This document shows positions 1 through 12,335 of a stretch of DNA of 64,000 nt, piece after piece. Origin of the DNA: Eledone cirrhosa (Eukaryota); contig OZ024740.1 in assembly GCA_964016885.1 (NCBI GenBank), positions 306,838,001 through 306,902,000 on the forward strand, given 5' to 3'. The position numbers were made by a program, and so were the translations under genes. The first letter of the stretch is position 1. Every line of letters begins with the position of its first letter. The notes beneath the pieces were generated by a model. That model was given only the letters and a program-made list of their open reading frames with translations, was not told the DNA's origin and made no database searches.

Positions 1-1784
1 CAAAACCCTTTTCAACCTGTTAAAAAATAAAGCTATCTATGAACTGATACCCCTTCCCCCTAAAAACAAAAACAAAACAAAAAAACTTCCTTTGCACTAT
101 ATCCCTGCATGTTGTAAGAGATGGGTAAAATACATTTGGCTGTAGAACACTACCTCAAAAATCCCCAGTAGGTGTAAAAATGTTGATGATACATGTCGGA
201 TTCAGTCTTTGTTGCATGAAATAAGTATGAGAAACAGGTAGCATTCACTGTTGGCAATGGATCCACTGTATAATTAACAAGTGTTTTGTTAAATGGCATT
301 GTTGTGTACTAAGTCCTTTCATAGATGTTATGGTAGACAATATGAAATATAATGTTCATTCTTTCCTTTCTAACACCTTCAGTAGTATAAAATATACACT
401 CACACATTTTGTACTGCATATGGCTGGCATGGGCAACCTTTTACAAGGAGTGGGCCACATAGGATGTGGCTCATCATAAAAGGGGAGCACACTACTAATA
501 AATTCAAGGCAATTTTTAAATAAGACGTGCCATTCAGAAAGCCAAATGGGTCGCATACGGCTCATGCATTGCAGTTTGCCCATGACTGGCATATGCACAC
601 ACAGCACATACCAAAAATGAAATACGAGTGCAACATGAACTTTGCAAATTGCATCTAGGTGGTCGTAATTCTGGATAAGAACTAATACAGGTTGAGGTGT
701 GTGTGTATGGGGGATGCTATTTAAGGAACTTACTGAATGCCCTGACACCAACCAAGGGGATTGCTGAGTTCCTACGCACAGGTGGGTTGTTATAATTATG
801 ACTAAGGAATCCCATCTAACCCCAATTTTGAAATCAGAGTGACCCGTCTTCTAGACAGACTGCCACCCAAGACTGACGATTTCTGTTTAATTGGAGCAAC
901 TGGTTTTAAGTAACTCACCTTCCTTTCTTCACTTCATTTCCATTACAGGAAGGCCAGGAGTTTGTCTTCAGTTGTTGGGCTATATGAGATGCAAGCTGTT
1001 TGGGACATTTTAGGAGAGAGTAGATCCTCAAGCCTACTCCCACCCAGATATGATAGCCTTAAATACACACGTACACTTAAGTACAGGCATATGTATACAT
1101 ATGCCTCAGAAATATACAGAAAGTGCCAACTGAGTATTGAAACAAAATTATAGTTATCTGACAGATAAATAAGTCAACCCATTAGTTACCAACCTGGCCA
1201 AAACCAGCCCTGGTTCTATGAAATATAACACCCATTTTAAAGGTTTCTAATTTAAATTAAAATCTTCCAGCTTAATTTTATATAAGAACCTTACATTAAG
1301 TTACTATCTTAGTAATGAAATAATTGATAATTTTAGTAAATCCCTCAAAATTCTTCATTAATTAATTAAAATAGAGTGTATTTCATTAGACATGCAGTCA
1401 CGGAAGTGTCAAATTAGCTATGATACATTTATAGTGTTTGTTGCATGAATGCACGGCATGCAATGTATCCCCAAGATATATAAATGAATGTAAATAATAA
1501 ATCCTTTATTATTTTAATGAGACAGCTGGAAAGTAGGTTCATACATGTATATGTATCCTACTTCAATTATATAGTTTTGATTTTAAAAGTTGCATGCTCT
1601 CTTTCTATCTCACACGTGCACATATGCAGTTCTGTCTGCCTCATTAGTTCTCTCTCCCATCTTTCTAATACTGCAATACAAGAATGCTACATCCTATTAA
1701 AGCCTTCTTCCCCATTTTTTTCATACATTTTATTCATGTTAAGCTCTCATTTTCATTTAGTTGTGCTTTCTTATTCTCTTGTAG

Positions 1785-1910
1785 CCATTATGACTATTAC
1801 CCACATGTAGGACACAGGTTACGTTCTGACAGCACCGAATCCCATGGATCTCGTAGCAGTTATTCCGCTGAAAGTTGTGCCTCAAGTCCAGCTGTGGAAA
1901 TTCCTATTGG
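1785..1910 (+). CDS. IRS-like gene, internal exon A (earlier exons with PH/PTB domains lie upstream or outside the window)
   Basis: Pyrimidine-rich acceptor ttattctcttgtAG ends at 1784 (alternative AG at 1809-1810) and donor GTAAGT starts at 1911. Encodes HYDYYPHVGHRLRSDSTESHGSRSSYSAESCASSPAVEIPIG, including an RxRxxS motif. The phase-2 end joins exon B in frame. Confidence 0.7.
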
Positions 1911-2313
1911 GTAAGTACTGTCTTTTTAGTTGTTTTATTATTAATGTTTTATCTCTTGATCAGTCCTCACCAATGCATTCCAACTGTGACCACCTCATTT
2001 TGTTAATCAAGTATAATGTACCTTTAACTACATTATGTAATGTGGGGTTGTTTTTTTTTCAAGCTGGTAGGACACAATTTGGTGAAAATGTGGCTGCTAT
2101 TTCCAGGAGGTTGAGTGACTATGTAGAGGCTTTGTTGTTAATGTTTTTTGTACATATGATTGTATAAACTGATCTATACCTGTTGACTTTGTATAGCTGT
2201 TGTCTATATGTGCTTGTATAGGCTGATGTATATCTGTTGTCCTAGTCTGATTGTATAGCTGTTGTGCCCATTATTATGTAGGCTCATTATTATAGCTGTT
2301 GTCACCATGTGGT

Positions 2314-2360
2314 TACTCTCAGGATCCTAATAATTGTACCCCCAAGTTATTAATTTTTCA

Positions 2361-2421
<61 letters not shown>

Positions 2422-2697
2422 ACACACACTCCTGCTTATTAACTTTTGCTAATCTATCTTCGACAAAATTTTATTTTAAGTGGTAGCATTCCTGCAATAA
2501 TTAATTTTCTTTAGATGTTAAAAAACATTATACATGACAAAAAAAAGTACATTACAAGTAATCCCCATACGTTATAAAATAAATAGGATGGGTTGGGGGG
2601 CCTCAATATGTAAACTAAACGACTTATTCTGGGTTTTTTTTAAATCAACAGACAACCTAGACCCCCCCCCCCCTCATTATTTGGGACCCGAGAGTTT
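2314..2697. mobile_element. Non-autonomous DNA transposon (MITE) containing a (GT)n tract; partial second copy at ~3500-3713
   Basis: Imperfect terminal inverted repeats tactctcaggatcctaataat ... attatttgggacccgagagt. The internal segment (aaaaaagtacattac...gttataaaataaataggat...) recurs at 3505-3713. Confidence 0.5.
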
Positions 2698-3903
2698 ATA
2701 GTTGTTTTCTTCATCAGATGACTGTAACTGTCCTTGGTAAATGTAACACTTTTGATTATGACAACAAATATCTTCTTTTAAACTATTATTTAAATTTAAA
2801 AAATAATTTTATAGGAGAATATGTTTAAGCTATGTCGTAAGCACCAGCTTAATAATATGGTTATTTTAATAAATCTCTTCAAATTGTTGATTATTTACAA
2901 AATTAATTGAAAATATATATGTGATGTATTTCATCAGAAATATGGTAATGAAAAGGTTGATCTTTTTCCACTTGGTTTTGTGACTTTCATTCTGTTGCAA
3001 ACATTCACACCAGTTATCTGATATGAGGATAACTTGATATCTCAATAGTAATCAAAAGGCATCATGTCTTTACCCTACTACTCCTAGAGTCCTTTCAAAA
3101 GGTTATGGAATCGACTTTCATCCTGTGAACCATAAAATATGTCTATATATGTTGGCTTTTATCTTTAGCCTTCATGTGGCCATATAATAAGTTATTATGC
3201 CTTTGGAAGAATATTTTATGTAAACTTTTTCATACGACTGTTACTAGCTTCCTCTAATTCTACAATTTTATCTAACAATTACCTTAACTGGTAAATAAAT
3301 CATACAGTGTCTGTCAGCAGAAAGAAGCATAGAGTTATCTACCTTGATATTGCAGGGGAATTAACTCTATATTAACTTATTTGATACATGTTAGTGTGCA
3401 AGTGTAATATGCATATACACCTATGTGTATATATATTTATAAACGTATATACATACTCATGTGTATATGCACTATATATATAAAAGACCATTAAGCCTTG
3501 GAGTTAAAAAAAACCATCATACAAGAAAAAAAAAGTACATTACTAGAAATCCCATATGTTATAAAATAAATAGGATAGGTTGGCATCTCTATGTAAACTA
3601 AGTGACTAATTCTGGTTTTTAAAAAATCAGGGAGACCAGCTAGAAAAATTACCGATTTTCCACCCACCAAGCGCTTATTCCAACGCCCGTCCTATTATTT
3701 GGGACCTGAGAGTAACTTTCCAGAAATATCACATCCCATTATGTAATTGTTTCCAGAGATATAACAGCTCCTAATATAATTAACAGTTCCCCGTGATATC
3801 ATAGTCCCTAGATGCAGTTCTTTGATTATGTCACACTTTGTAAATTTGCAAACATGTATATTTAGTAATGATTTATATTGTTTTCGCTGCTGCACTTATC
3901 TAG

Positions 3904-4025
3904 GTCCTACCGTTGTCACAGTAGTGTCCCAACTCCAGACAGTTTACGTGGTGGTTATATAGAAGATTATGTACCAATGCATCCTGGTGACCAGTCCTCC
4001 ACTCCTTCAACACCTGAACAATATG
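3904..4025 (+). CDS. IRS-like gene, internal exon B
   Basis: Acceptor AG at 3902-3903 and donor GTAAG at 4026. Encodes SYRCHSSVPTPDSLRGGYIEDYVPMHPGDQSSTPSTPEQY with the IRS-type DYVPM (YxxM) motif. Phases 2/1 match both neighbours. Confidence 0.85.
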
Positions 4026-4109
4026 GTAAGATCTTATACTACACTGTCAAATTGTGTATATGTCTCTCTCTCTCTCTCTGATCAGTATTAAACCTACTGG
4101 TATTTGTAG

Positions 4110-5230
4110 TTCTGATGGAGGGTTTACTAATAGTAGAGAGTATGGATGGACCGAGGGAGAAGGTAAATAGGTATAAAGAATGTTTGAAGATGAATATCAG
4201 GAAGATGAAGATGATGGCAAGTAGTAAAGCATGTGGTGAGGTGGAAAGGACAGGAAGGTGACCATGTGCAGTGTGTAGCAAGGGTGCTGGAATGAATTCC
4301 ATTAAATGTACGATATGCACTGGGGGGGGGGTTCATAAAAAATGTAGTAGTGTGAAGGTACTATTATATTAACCCTTTAGCATTTAAACCGGACATATCC
4401 GACCAAAATTCTCTCACCTCTTTCTGTTCAAACCGGCTGCTCATACTGACATTAAGGTATTGTTCACAAAATAAATATCATAAAAATCTCATAGATTCCA
4501 TATTATGAGATAATTATGTGAGGTAAAGACTTTACCATGGAAATATAGTAGTAAATATAGAGTAATGTAAATGTTAAAGGGTTAAACAATATGGCAGCTA
4601 CATTTAAGTGTAAGGTGTACAGATGAAAACAATGTTGAGCTGGATCTTGGAAATAGCATGAAAATATTTTGTTACCTAGGATATATATTGAATTGAAAAG
4701 GTGAATTGGACCTGGGGACAGTATCTAGGGTGAGGTGCACATACAAGAATTTCCAGGAACTGAGTGGCATGGTAATGAAAAGAGGAGTGTTATTGAAACT
4801 AAAGAGCAAGGTGTTAGAAGAGCCATGGTTTGTGGGAGTTAGGTATGGGTGATGAATAAGGTACTACAGACATGGCTGGAAAGAATAAAAATGGTTTAAT
4901 GGATGAGTGGAGTATCACTGGGAGAGGAAAGCAAATAATGAACTGCAGAGAATGATGGAAGCAGAGCCATTGAAGAGAAATGGAATTAAATAGTTGGATC
5001 GTGTATTGAGGAGGGACAAGAGTGACTGGGTGAGAGGGGTGATGGAAATAAATGTGGAAGGAAGTGAAAAAGAAAATCAAGAAAGATATGGCTAAAGATG
5101 ACAGAAGAGGAAATGAAAGCCAGTGACTGATGGCAGGGTGTAAATAATAGGGTAAAATGGAGAAGCTTGTCATGTAGTTTGCAAGGTTAACCCCTACTTT
5201 AGCAAGGAAATTGGCCTTAAAATGTGTTGT
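4110..5230 (+). mobile_element. Degenerate RTE-clade LINE fragment in an IRS intron, interrupted by a MITE
   Basis: Translates in pieces as KMNIRKMKMM...GR*PCAVCSKGAGMNSIKCTIC...VHKKCS and ...FCYLG. Homologous to the - strand copy at 16402-16939. Confidence 0.75.
4373..4581 (+). mobile_element. piggyBac-type MITE (TTAA target duplication) inserted into the RTE fragment
   Basis: TTAA|CCCTTTAGCATTTA ... TAAATGTTAAAGGG|TTAA. Removing it restores LINE sequence colinear with the copy near 16700. Confidence 0.8.
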
Positions 5231-5385
5231 ACTGCATATTTCTTTGTATGTCTTCATCTATCTTCTCTGCTATTACCGTGATGGAAGATTAAATCTCTCA
5301 TTCCACAGCTGTCTCACCTCTCTCCAGCATTGAGCCTGTCTTTCTCTGGTGTTATCTTACAGTAATAACTAATGTTTTCTTCTAG

Positions 5386-5532
5386 GTTCAGCAGGTTCTA
5401 ACTGGGGAGACACTGGACAATTTGAAAATTATATTAACTTCCAACCAAGTGCATCTACCACAGCCTCTGAAATGACAGATAGTTATGATGCATGCATGGA
5501 TCTGTCACCAGGCTCACAGAAAAGTGAACGAG
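5386..5532 (+). CDS. IRS-like gene, internal exon C (147 nt, phase 1-1)
   Basis: Acceptor ttttcttctAG ends at 5385 and donor GT starts at 5533. Translates as GSAGSNWGDTGQFENYINFQPSASTTASEMTDSYDACMDLSPGSQKSER with a YxN (Grb2-type) motif. Not in the ORF track; read manually. Confidence 0.8.
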
Positions 5533-6040
5533 GTATTTAAAGTCTGATATTTGTCATTGTCTGCACACCTTTTTGAATTTAAACAATAAATACGCTCTAC
5601 CATCTTAGTATTGAGTACTCACTTCTTTGATTGTACAAATTATTAACTCTAAAGTTATTGCTACTATGTGGTGACTATTCCGTTCATCTTTCTAGAGTCA
5701 ATAAAATAAGTATTTGTGTACTATTAGGTTTGACCCCCAAAATTCATGATGTAATAATTTTAGAAATATACTAAACAGCTACTCAGCCTTATCTTGGAAA
5801 TAATATCCTGCCATTTTGTTGAATGAAATCATGGTAATTCTACATAAATATATCATATCAGAAACGAGTGATGTGTCCCTGTACTAGAAAAGACTCACCT
5901 AACAAATGCAAGCATGGAAAAATAGACATAAATTGACATCAATGATATGTCTTTTTACAATAGTGTATTGCTTTGGGCATACTAGGAATTATTTTAGGCA
6001 AAATATATTTGTTACATTGGTCTGTTTGAGCTGCATTTAA

Positions 6041-6260
6041 CCTTTTAGCATTTGCATTACCCTATATTTACTATTGTATTTTCCCAATAAAGGCTTTATC
6101 TTATATAATTATCTCGCATATCTAATCTGTGAGATTTTGATATAATATATTTTGAGAACGATACTTTAACATCAGTATGAATGACTGGTTACAGCCGGTT
6201 TGAACTGAAAAAGGTGAGAAATATCTGGCCGGATATGGCCGGTTTAAATGACCAGAAGGG
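6041..6260 (-). mobile_element. Same piggyBac-type MITE family, inverted relative to 4373-4581
   Basis: TTAA on both sides (6037-6040 and 6261-6264). The reverse complement begins cccttctggtcatttaaaccggccatatccggcc...tctcacct...gttcaaaccggctg, matching the 4373 copy. Confidence 0.8.
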
Positions 6261-6703
6261 TTAAGGTACAGACATATGCACAAGATTTTTAGTATTTTAT
6301 AAATATGTGTGTGTATGTATATAATACATATCTGTGTATGTGTTTACAGACACACATATCACATGGTGTCCCTTGCTGTCGGGTTCTGTGTGAAATTTTG
6401 TGAAAACTGCTACCACTAACTGTTGAAGCATCGTGTATGAGTGGTGTCTGTTGTCAGCCAGACTGACTGAGGCTATCAGAATAACAGTTTATTTAGAGGC
6501 CATAACGACCATTTACATTACAGGCTGTCCACAAAAACAAGCGTAGTTTTATAGAGAATGTTACATTGTCACAGTCGTTTCATTTCTATCTAAGTAAAGT
6601 GCAATAGAATCAACTAAGCATAAAAAATTTGACATTTACTAACATTGAACTTGCCTCCTGTGCAAACGAAACCATTCTGATATGTGAGGTTTGTATTTTT
6701 TAG

Positions 6704-6883
6704 ACTATGGTGATGTAAGTTCTTACGTGATGATGGAGCCGGGCAAAGCTGTCCCTGTACCACAGCAGACATCACAGCAGCAGCAACCACTCTCTCCTCA
6801 GGCTAGTAGTCCAGGCAAAGATGCTCCCTATGTTGATATGGGACCTACAGGAACAAGTTTACCCACAGTTAAAGAGAGTGGAA
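6704..6883 (+). CDS. IRS-like gene, internal exon D
   Basis: Acceptor ttttttAG ends at 6703 and donor GTAAGT starts at 6884. Encodes DYGDVSSYVMMEPG...DAPYVDMGPTGTSLPTVKESG with two YxxM motifs. Phase 1-1. Confidence 0.85.
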
Positions 6884-7025
6884 GTAAGTTTCATTCTGGT
6901 TTTCTGTACAGAAAGTTGTTTGTGTGTGTGTGTGTGTGCATGTGTCATTATACCCATTACTGTGATCTCCAAAATGAAAACCACCACTACCACCACAACT
7001 GACTTCAGTCTTTTATCTTTTACAG

Positions 7026-9721
7026 GCCCAGAAGAACATTATCTTCAAATGACCCCACCTGGACACAGTCCTAAGGGTAGCTGCAGTTTACGGCCTAATC
7101 GTGGTCACAGTTATCTGATATCTGATGAAACTATATCTGTTGAGAAGGATATACCAAAACGTTCTTATTCAGTTGGTTGCAAACCTCAACCAAAGGCAGT
7201 GTTGAAACCACAGTGTTGTGATGCAAAACTGGCCATGATAGGAATGATGGATAATAGTCGGTGTTCTAGTGCCCCGCACCTGATCTCACAGAAACAAAAG
7301 TCATCCAACAACTCATCATCTAATCACTCACTTCCTTCTAACAGTCCACCATGTGGCTCATACAAGTCAGAAGATTCTGATTTTTCCGAGTTGGAATTTG
7401 GTCGTCCTCGCACAGCTAGTGATAGCTATGGATGCAGGCCAAGAGCGTCCAGCTTGGGAAAATCTTTGACTCAGGGTCATCGTCCAAGATCATCTAGTCA
7501 CAGCTCAAGGTGCTTTAAACGAAGCTCTTTTGAATCGGTAAGGACTACTTCAGAAGAACTTCTCCGCAAAATGTCCCAGGAATCTTTACAAAAAGACCCT
7601 TACTCATTAGCACTTTTACCTGGTCCTGATGTCACACATTGGAAATATCACAGTAAAAAGAACAACGATGCTATGGAGATGGGGAAGAATAAGGGGGGCA
7701 TGTCTAAATCTTTTCACGCACATCTTCCAGTGAGTTCCATGTCTAATGCAGGTGGAGAAATGTCAACTTACCTGGAGATGACTGGTTTCTCATCCAGCCC
7801 CAAACATTCACCTGTGTGTGATGTAATTAATATGAAAACTAACTCACCTGTGATGTCACTGAGCATGGGAGAATATTCCAGCTGTCAATGTTACCCATTT
7901 GATAAGTATTATGGACAAAGGAAAACTGACCACTGTCATAAACAAGGGCCAGTGCCTGACAAAGTAGTATCTCATATAAAATCTAATTCTGATGAAGAAT
8001 CGGACTCAGGTAGTAATAGTTGGCAGAAAGATGTTGATCGGTATGTACCATGTACGCACTCAGGGTTTTCGGATAGACTAAGTCTCCGTTCTAAAACAGA
8101 GCGGGTCTCGTCTGATTTGGGTGTTAGACGCACAAAAAGTGTCTCCAATGATAACAGGTCTCAGGCATTGGCAACCCTTCGTAAGCAGGAAAGTGCTGGG
8201 GATCCTTATTTTAATATGGATATTCCCAAACCTGTCAGGGCTCCATATGATGAATGTAATCCTCCCTGCCCTAGTTTAGGGCTTCGGAACCATAAAGAAA
8301 AACCTGTGGTTGAAGATACTTATATTGAACTCTCTTACAACGCAAACAATGCCATGAAAAAATATGATAATGATATAACTTCTAAAAAAGTAAATGATAG
8401 TTGCACTTCTCGAAAAGAGAGTGAAATTATATTAGGGAAGTCTGATGCCAAAAGGCCTCAGAGCATGTTCAGTTCAAATTTTGATCCATTTTTCTCAAAT
8501 TCTTTTCCTTTCAACTGTGAAAAAGCAAAAGCTGCTGAAATTGAGCCTTACGTTGTGTTTGACCCTAGACAGCAATACAGACATGAGCCTTCATCGGCTC
8601 CATGCACTATTCCTTCAAGCATTGAATATATACAAAGTCTTTCCACTTCTTGCAACGATAACCTTCAAAATACAAAAAGATGTAATCGTGATACTATGAA
8701 AGTGATTCACAAACGACATTCATCGATGCCTGTGAAAACTGACCTTTACTCCCCACCTGCTGCGTCCAGTTTTTCCCAATATACAGCACCTTCCATGAAC
8801 TCTTGCAAGACAACCTCCACTTCATTGCATGCAAAATCTGCCTCAACATCGACGTCTCCTATCAGTTGCCCAACTGAAAATGAAGAATATTTTAATTTGT
8901 CGTTTGGTCAGAAAGATGAAGCATCTAGTAGAAATGAAAAAACTTTGAACCCAATGTCGTGGACAAACTGCCAAGAGGAGCAGACATATAAGAAACCATT
9001 AAGGCAGAGTAGTTGGTTGGTGGATACAGATGAGATTTCTTCCAGTGAAAAGGTATCAACAGGATCAGGAAATTCTAATCAAATTGTTTCTCAAGAGAAA
9101 TTCTCTGAGCTTCCTAGGAATATTTCTGAGACAGGCTCAGATGAAAGCCGACAGGAAGGTAGAAATGTCAATCAGTGCTCTGAACTGGTTTCTAACATGA
9201 AACTGTCAGATCTGTCTAACCACACATTAGAGAATTCAAGAAATTTATTTAATGTTGAGCGAAGGCCTTCAAAGAAAAGTGATGGAGAATGTTTCAAAAC
9301 ACCCAAAAGTGACACCCACTCTTCTGAACAGTCTTTTATGACAAAAAACAACAGCTGTTCAAGTATTGCTTCTGACTTAGCACAACCAAAAAAGTCTGAG
9401 AGTTTGGGCCTGCAGGGTCGACACAGCTATACAGAAGTTTGTTTGATTCCACCCATGGCAGGCAACCCTCTGTCTTCTTTAAAACATAGCTCAAGCTGTG
9501 AGATGGAACTGAACTATGCTTCTCTTGAATTGAGCTCAACAGAGACACTGACAGAATATTCAGACTTTCACCAAAAGTCTCCAAATTCCATTAAAAGCCG
9601 CCATTCTTCTGGAGCTGAAGAGAAAAGTGCTTCACCTCTAACCTATGTGGAGATTGATTTCCCCAAAACTGAGTCACTTCAAAGACAAAATTCTAATCAA
9701 GAGGTGAAGTTTACACTGTAA
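7026..9721 (+). CDS. IRS: Insulin receptor substrate (IRS/chico-like), large terminal exon
   Basis: Acceptor ttttatcttttacAG ends at 7025 and the frame is open to TAA at 9719-9721. Ser-rich, low-complexity tail with YLQM, YLEM and YFNM, tandem RPRTAS/RPRASS/RPRSSS, and C-terminal LNYASLEL and LTYVEIDF resembling the two SHP2-binding sites of IRS proteins. PH/PTB domains are not in the window, so the call rests on motifs. Confidence 0.8.
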
Positions 9722-10514
9722 AACAGTCTGACATCTAATGGTTGTAGCTCTGGTAGCAGCAATACACAAAGGAACATAGCTGGTGTTTGATCATGATTTT
9801 GTAGTGGGATGTTGGTAACGTGATTGATTATTGCATTTACCAATCTGCCTTGATTGTTATATGCTTCCTATGGTAAGCGCTCAAGACTCTGGGCATCTGT
9901 CTGACCAGTTCTTTAAGATTTATAAATAACTTGTAGCTATTCTTTTGGGAAATTGTTACAGTGTTTCCCATGGACAGCTTTATTATATTGTTTTTATTTG
10001 AATTTTTTTTTTAGGAAAAAAAAAAAAGAATCCTTAACAAAAACAGGTCCCACTTTTATTGATTGTCGTCCCTCCTCTTTCCATTTCTATTTTTATCAAT
10101 TTTAATTTTAATTTTAATTTTTTTTTTTTTTTTTTTTTTTTGCTTAAATTTCCTTTTTTTTCCCTTATGTTTACTCTATAATCCTAGTGTATGTCTGTGT
10201 GTCTCTGTGCAAGTGTTTATCTCTCCCTTCTCTGGAACTAAAATGGAATTTTTTTTCAAGAACTATTCCATATAAAATTAAATTTTCATATTACCAATTT
10301 TAAGGACAAGGGAACAGAATTTTGCCTACCCTAACTGTTAGATTAGGGTTCACTGAAGCCCACATAAAACAGTAATGATCCTCCTCACACATGTGCCATC
10401 TTTTAATAAATCATTTTCTTCTTCATTTCTGCTACATATCTGTGTCAAGGGTTGAACCATCTACCTGCTATCACAGACTCTAACTTTTATAAACAATTGT
10501 TGCCAGTCATTTAA

Positions 10515-10773
10515 CCCTTTAGTGGCATGACATTATTTCTAATGCAGTACACTGTCCATGTATTTCAATTAATATTGAAAATAATCAAGAACTTGTAAGG
10601 TGTGTAGTAAAATAACTAACTTCACCATTATTAAGTTGTTGGTTTGATTCTAACTTGATAAAAGGTTCTTCCATATAATTATGATAGGTTTAAATTTCAA
10701 TAAAAACATTTCAAAATGGGCAGTATTGTATCAAAGAGCCAAGGACAGCTCAGGCAGGCGAATTTCAAAAGGG
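10515..10773. mobile_element. Second TTAA-flanked MITE-like element, degenerate
   Basis: ttaacccttttag ... caaaagggttaa ends. Related decayed segments occur near 1190-1400, 42710-42900, 48716-48940 and 56560-56805. Confidence 0.45.
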
Positions 10774-11460
10774 TTAAAAGTTGTAATATTATTCTAGATG
10801 CTAATTAGGATTTGTTTTTTTTCATTAATTGTTGCTTTAGTTCATTGCCTACAGGATTTTGATTGTTTTAAAGTGACTATTATTAACTAAAATCTAATGA
10901 AGCAACCTCTATATGGTTTACTTCTCCTGCTTGCTAAATATATCAGCTAAATTTCCTCTCGAGACACCATCTGAAAAGGAAGGACAATGTATGACTAGAT
11001 ATAGAAAAAGACAGGGTCATCACATCTGGAATGTCTTTTATCATAGATCTGCTTGATCTGAGCTGACCTGCTACTAAACAATAACAATGATCCCAAACCA
11101 AATTGACTTTCTCAATTTACTTATTAAAATGAACAGCTTATGTGAAAGAAAATCAATATATTTTAACTTCACTAAAATATTACTTGATAAACAAGATATG
11201 AATCTTGGGGTTTGATAAATTGATCCTGAATTAGAAGTCGCAATGTTTTGTTTGATTTCTTCTGCAGAATGTTGACAACAAATCTACAGTAATGTCTTGC
11301 ATGAGTCTTATATCAGATCTAGTTAGATAGTTTCTAATTCTGACATGGACCAATCTAATTAATATATTTCACAAAATATTAGGATGACGAATTTAGACTG
11401 CATATAATTGACTTTTGAGGGTTTTCTTTTTTTTTTTCTTTTTTTCATTCTTTATTTTTG

Positions 11461-11740
11461 CCTCTTCAGTTACAAAGGGGTGTTACATCCTCTTCTATTA
11501 CAAAGGGTTCTTACTGCCTTTTCTATTACAAAGTGGTGTCACTACCTTTTCTATTACAAAGTGGTGTCACTACCTCTTCTGTTACAAAGGGTTGTTACTA
11601 CCTCTTCTGTTACAAAGTGGTGTCACTATCTCTTCTGTTACAAAGTGGTGTCACTACCTCATTTGTTACAAAGGGTTGATACTACCTCTTCTGTTACAAA
11701 GTAGTGTCACTGCCTCGTCTGTTACAGAGTGGTGTTTCTA
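11461..11740 (+). repeat. 28-bp minisatellite, ~10 copies, consensus CTGTTACAAAGTGGTGTCACTACCTCTT
   Basis: TTACAAAG recurs every 28 nt (11470, 11498, 11526, 11554, 11582, 11610...). It lies 1.7-2.0 kb after the IRS stop codon. Confidence 0.95.
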
Positions 11741-12104
11741 CAACTTTGTGTGGGTGTATAGGTGGTCTATCTCTTATATTAATAGAAATTTGAGTTTTCA
11801 GGTAAAATTATGTTTATTCTGGGTACCACTGACCATTCAGAAGACAGTTTAATAGTCTATATAACTATTTACTTTTTTTGATGGATCAGTAGGATAAAAA
11901 TACAATAAATTCACAATAGTAACCCTATTGACTTTCTTTTCCAATTTTTTTTTTCAATAACTATGTTGGACTTTTGAAACAAGTTTTTGCTATCACCAAA
12001 ATTTTGCTTGGTTTTGAGAACTTTTTTTTTTTCAAAAATGATTATTGTTATTATTATTATTGTCACCATCATCATCATCATCATTATAATCATCATCATT
12101 ATAA

Positions 12105-12335
12105 GGGTTGTGGATGATTTGTCAGAAATGTTAGTGTTGAACTAAATGCTATGCAGTATTTTGTTACAGTCCTTTATGTTCTGTGTTCAAATCCTACCAA
12201 GGTTGACTTTGCCTTTCATCTCTCCTGGGTCAATTAAATAAGTAGTTCCTGGTAATTTACTGGATGTTGATTCAATCAACTAATACCCCTTCCCCTAAAA
12301 CATTGTATGGCCTTGTACTGAAGCTAGAGATCATT
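12105..12335 (+). mobile_element. tRNA-derived SINE (family with gactttgcctttcatcc body), degenerate
   Basis: B-box-like GTTCAAATCC followed by aaggttgactttgcctttcatc. Same family as 28665-28878 and 63850-64000. Confidence 0.65.

Noticed and set aside
150-157. let-7 8mer CTACCTCA
   Set aside because: It is intronic and lies within a decayed repeat-like tract, so it would not be in mature mRNA.
6821-7025. N-terminus of the 966-aa ORF (MLPMLIW...CVCVC...TTTTT)
   Set aside because: It is an out-of-frame reading of exon D plus the 142-nt intron 6884-7025. The true coding frame begins at the acceptor at 7026.
11461-11740. CRISPR-like 28-bp repeats, or the overlapping ORFs 11408-11852
   Set aside because: There are no spacers. 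The ORFs recycle the same peptides in all three frames, as expected for a 28-nt period.
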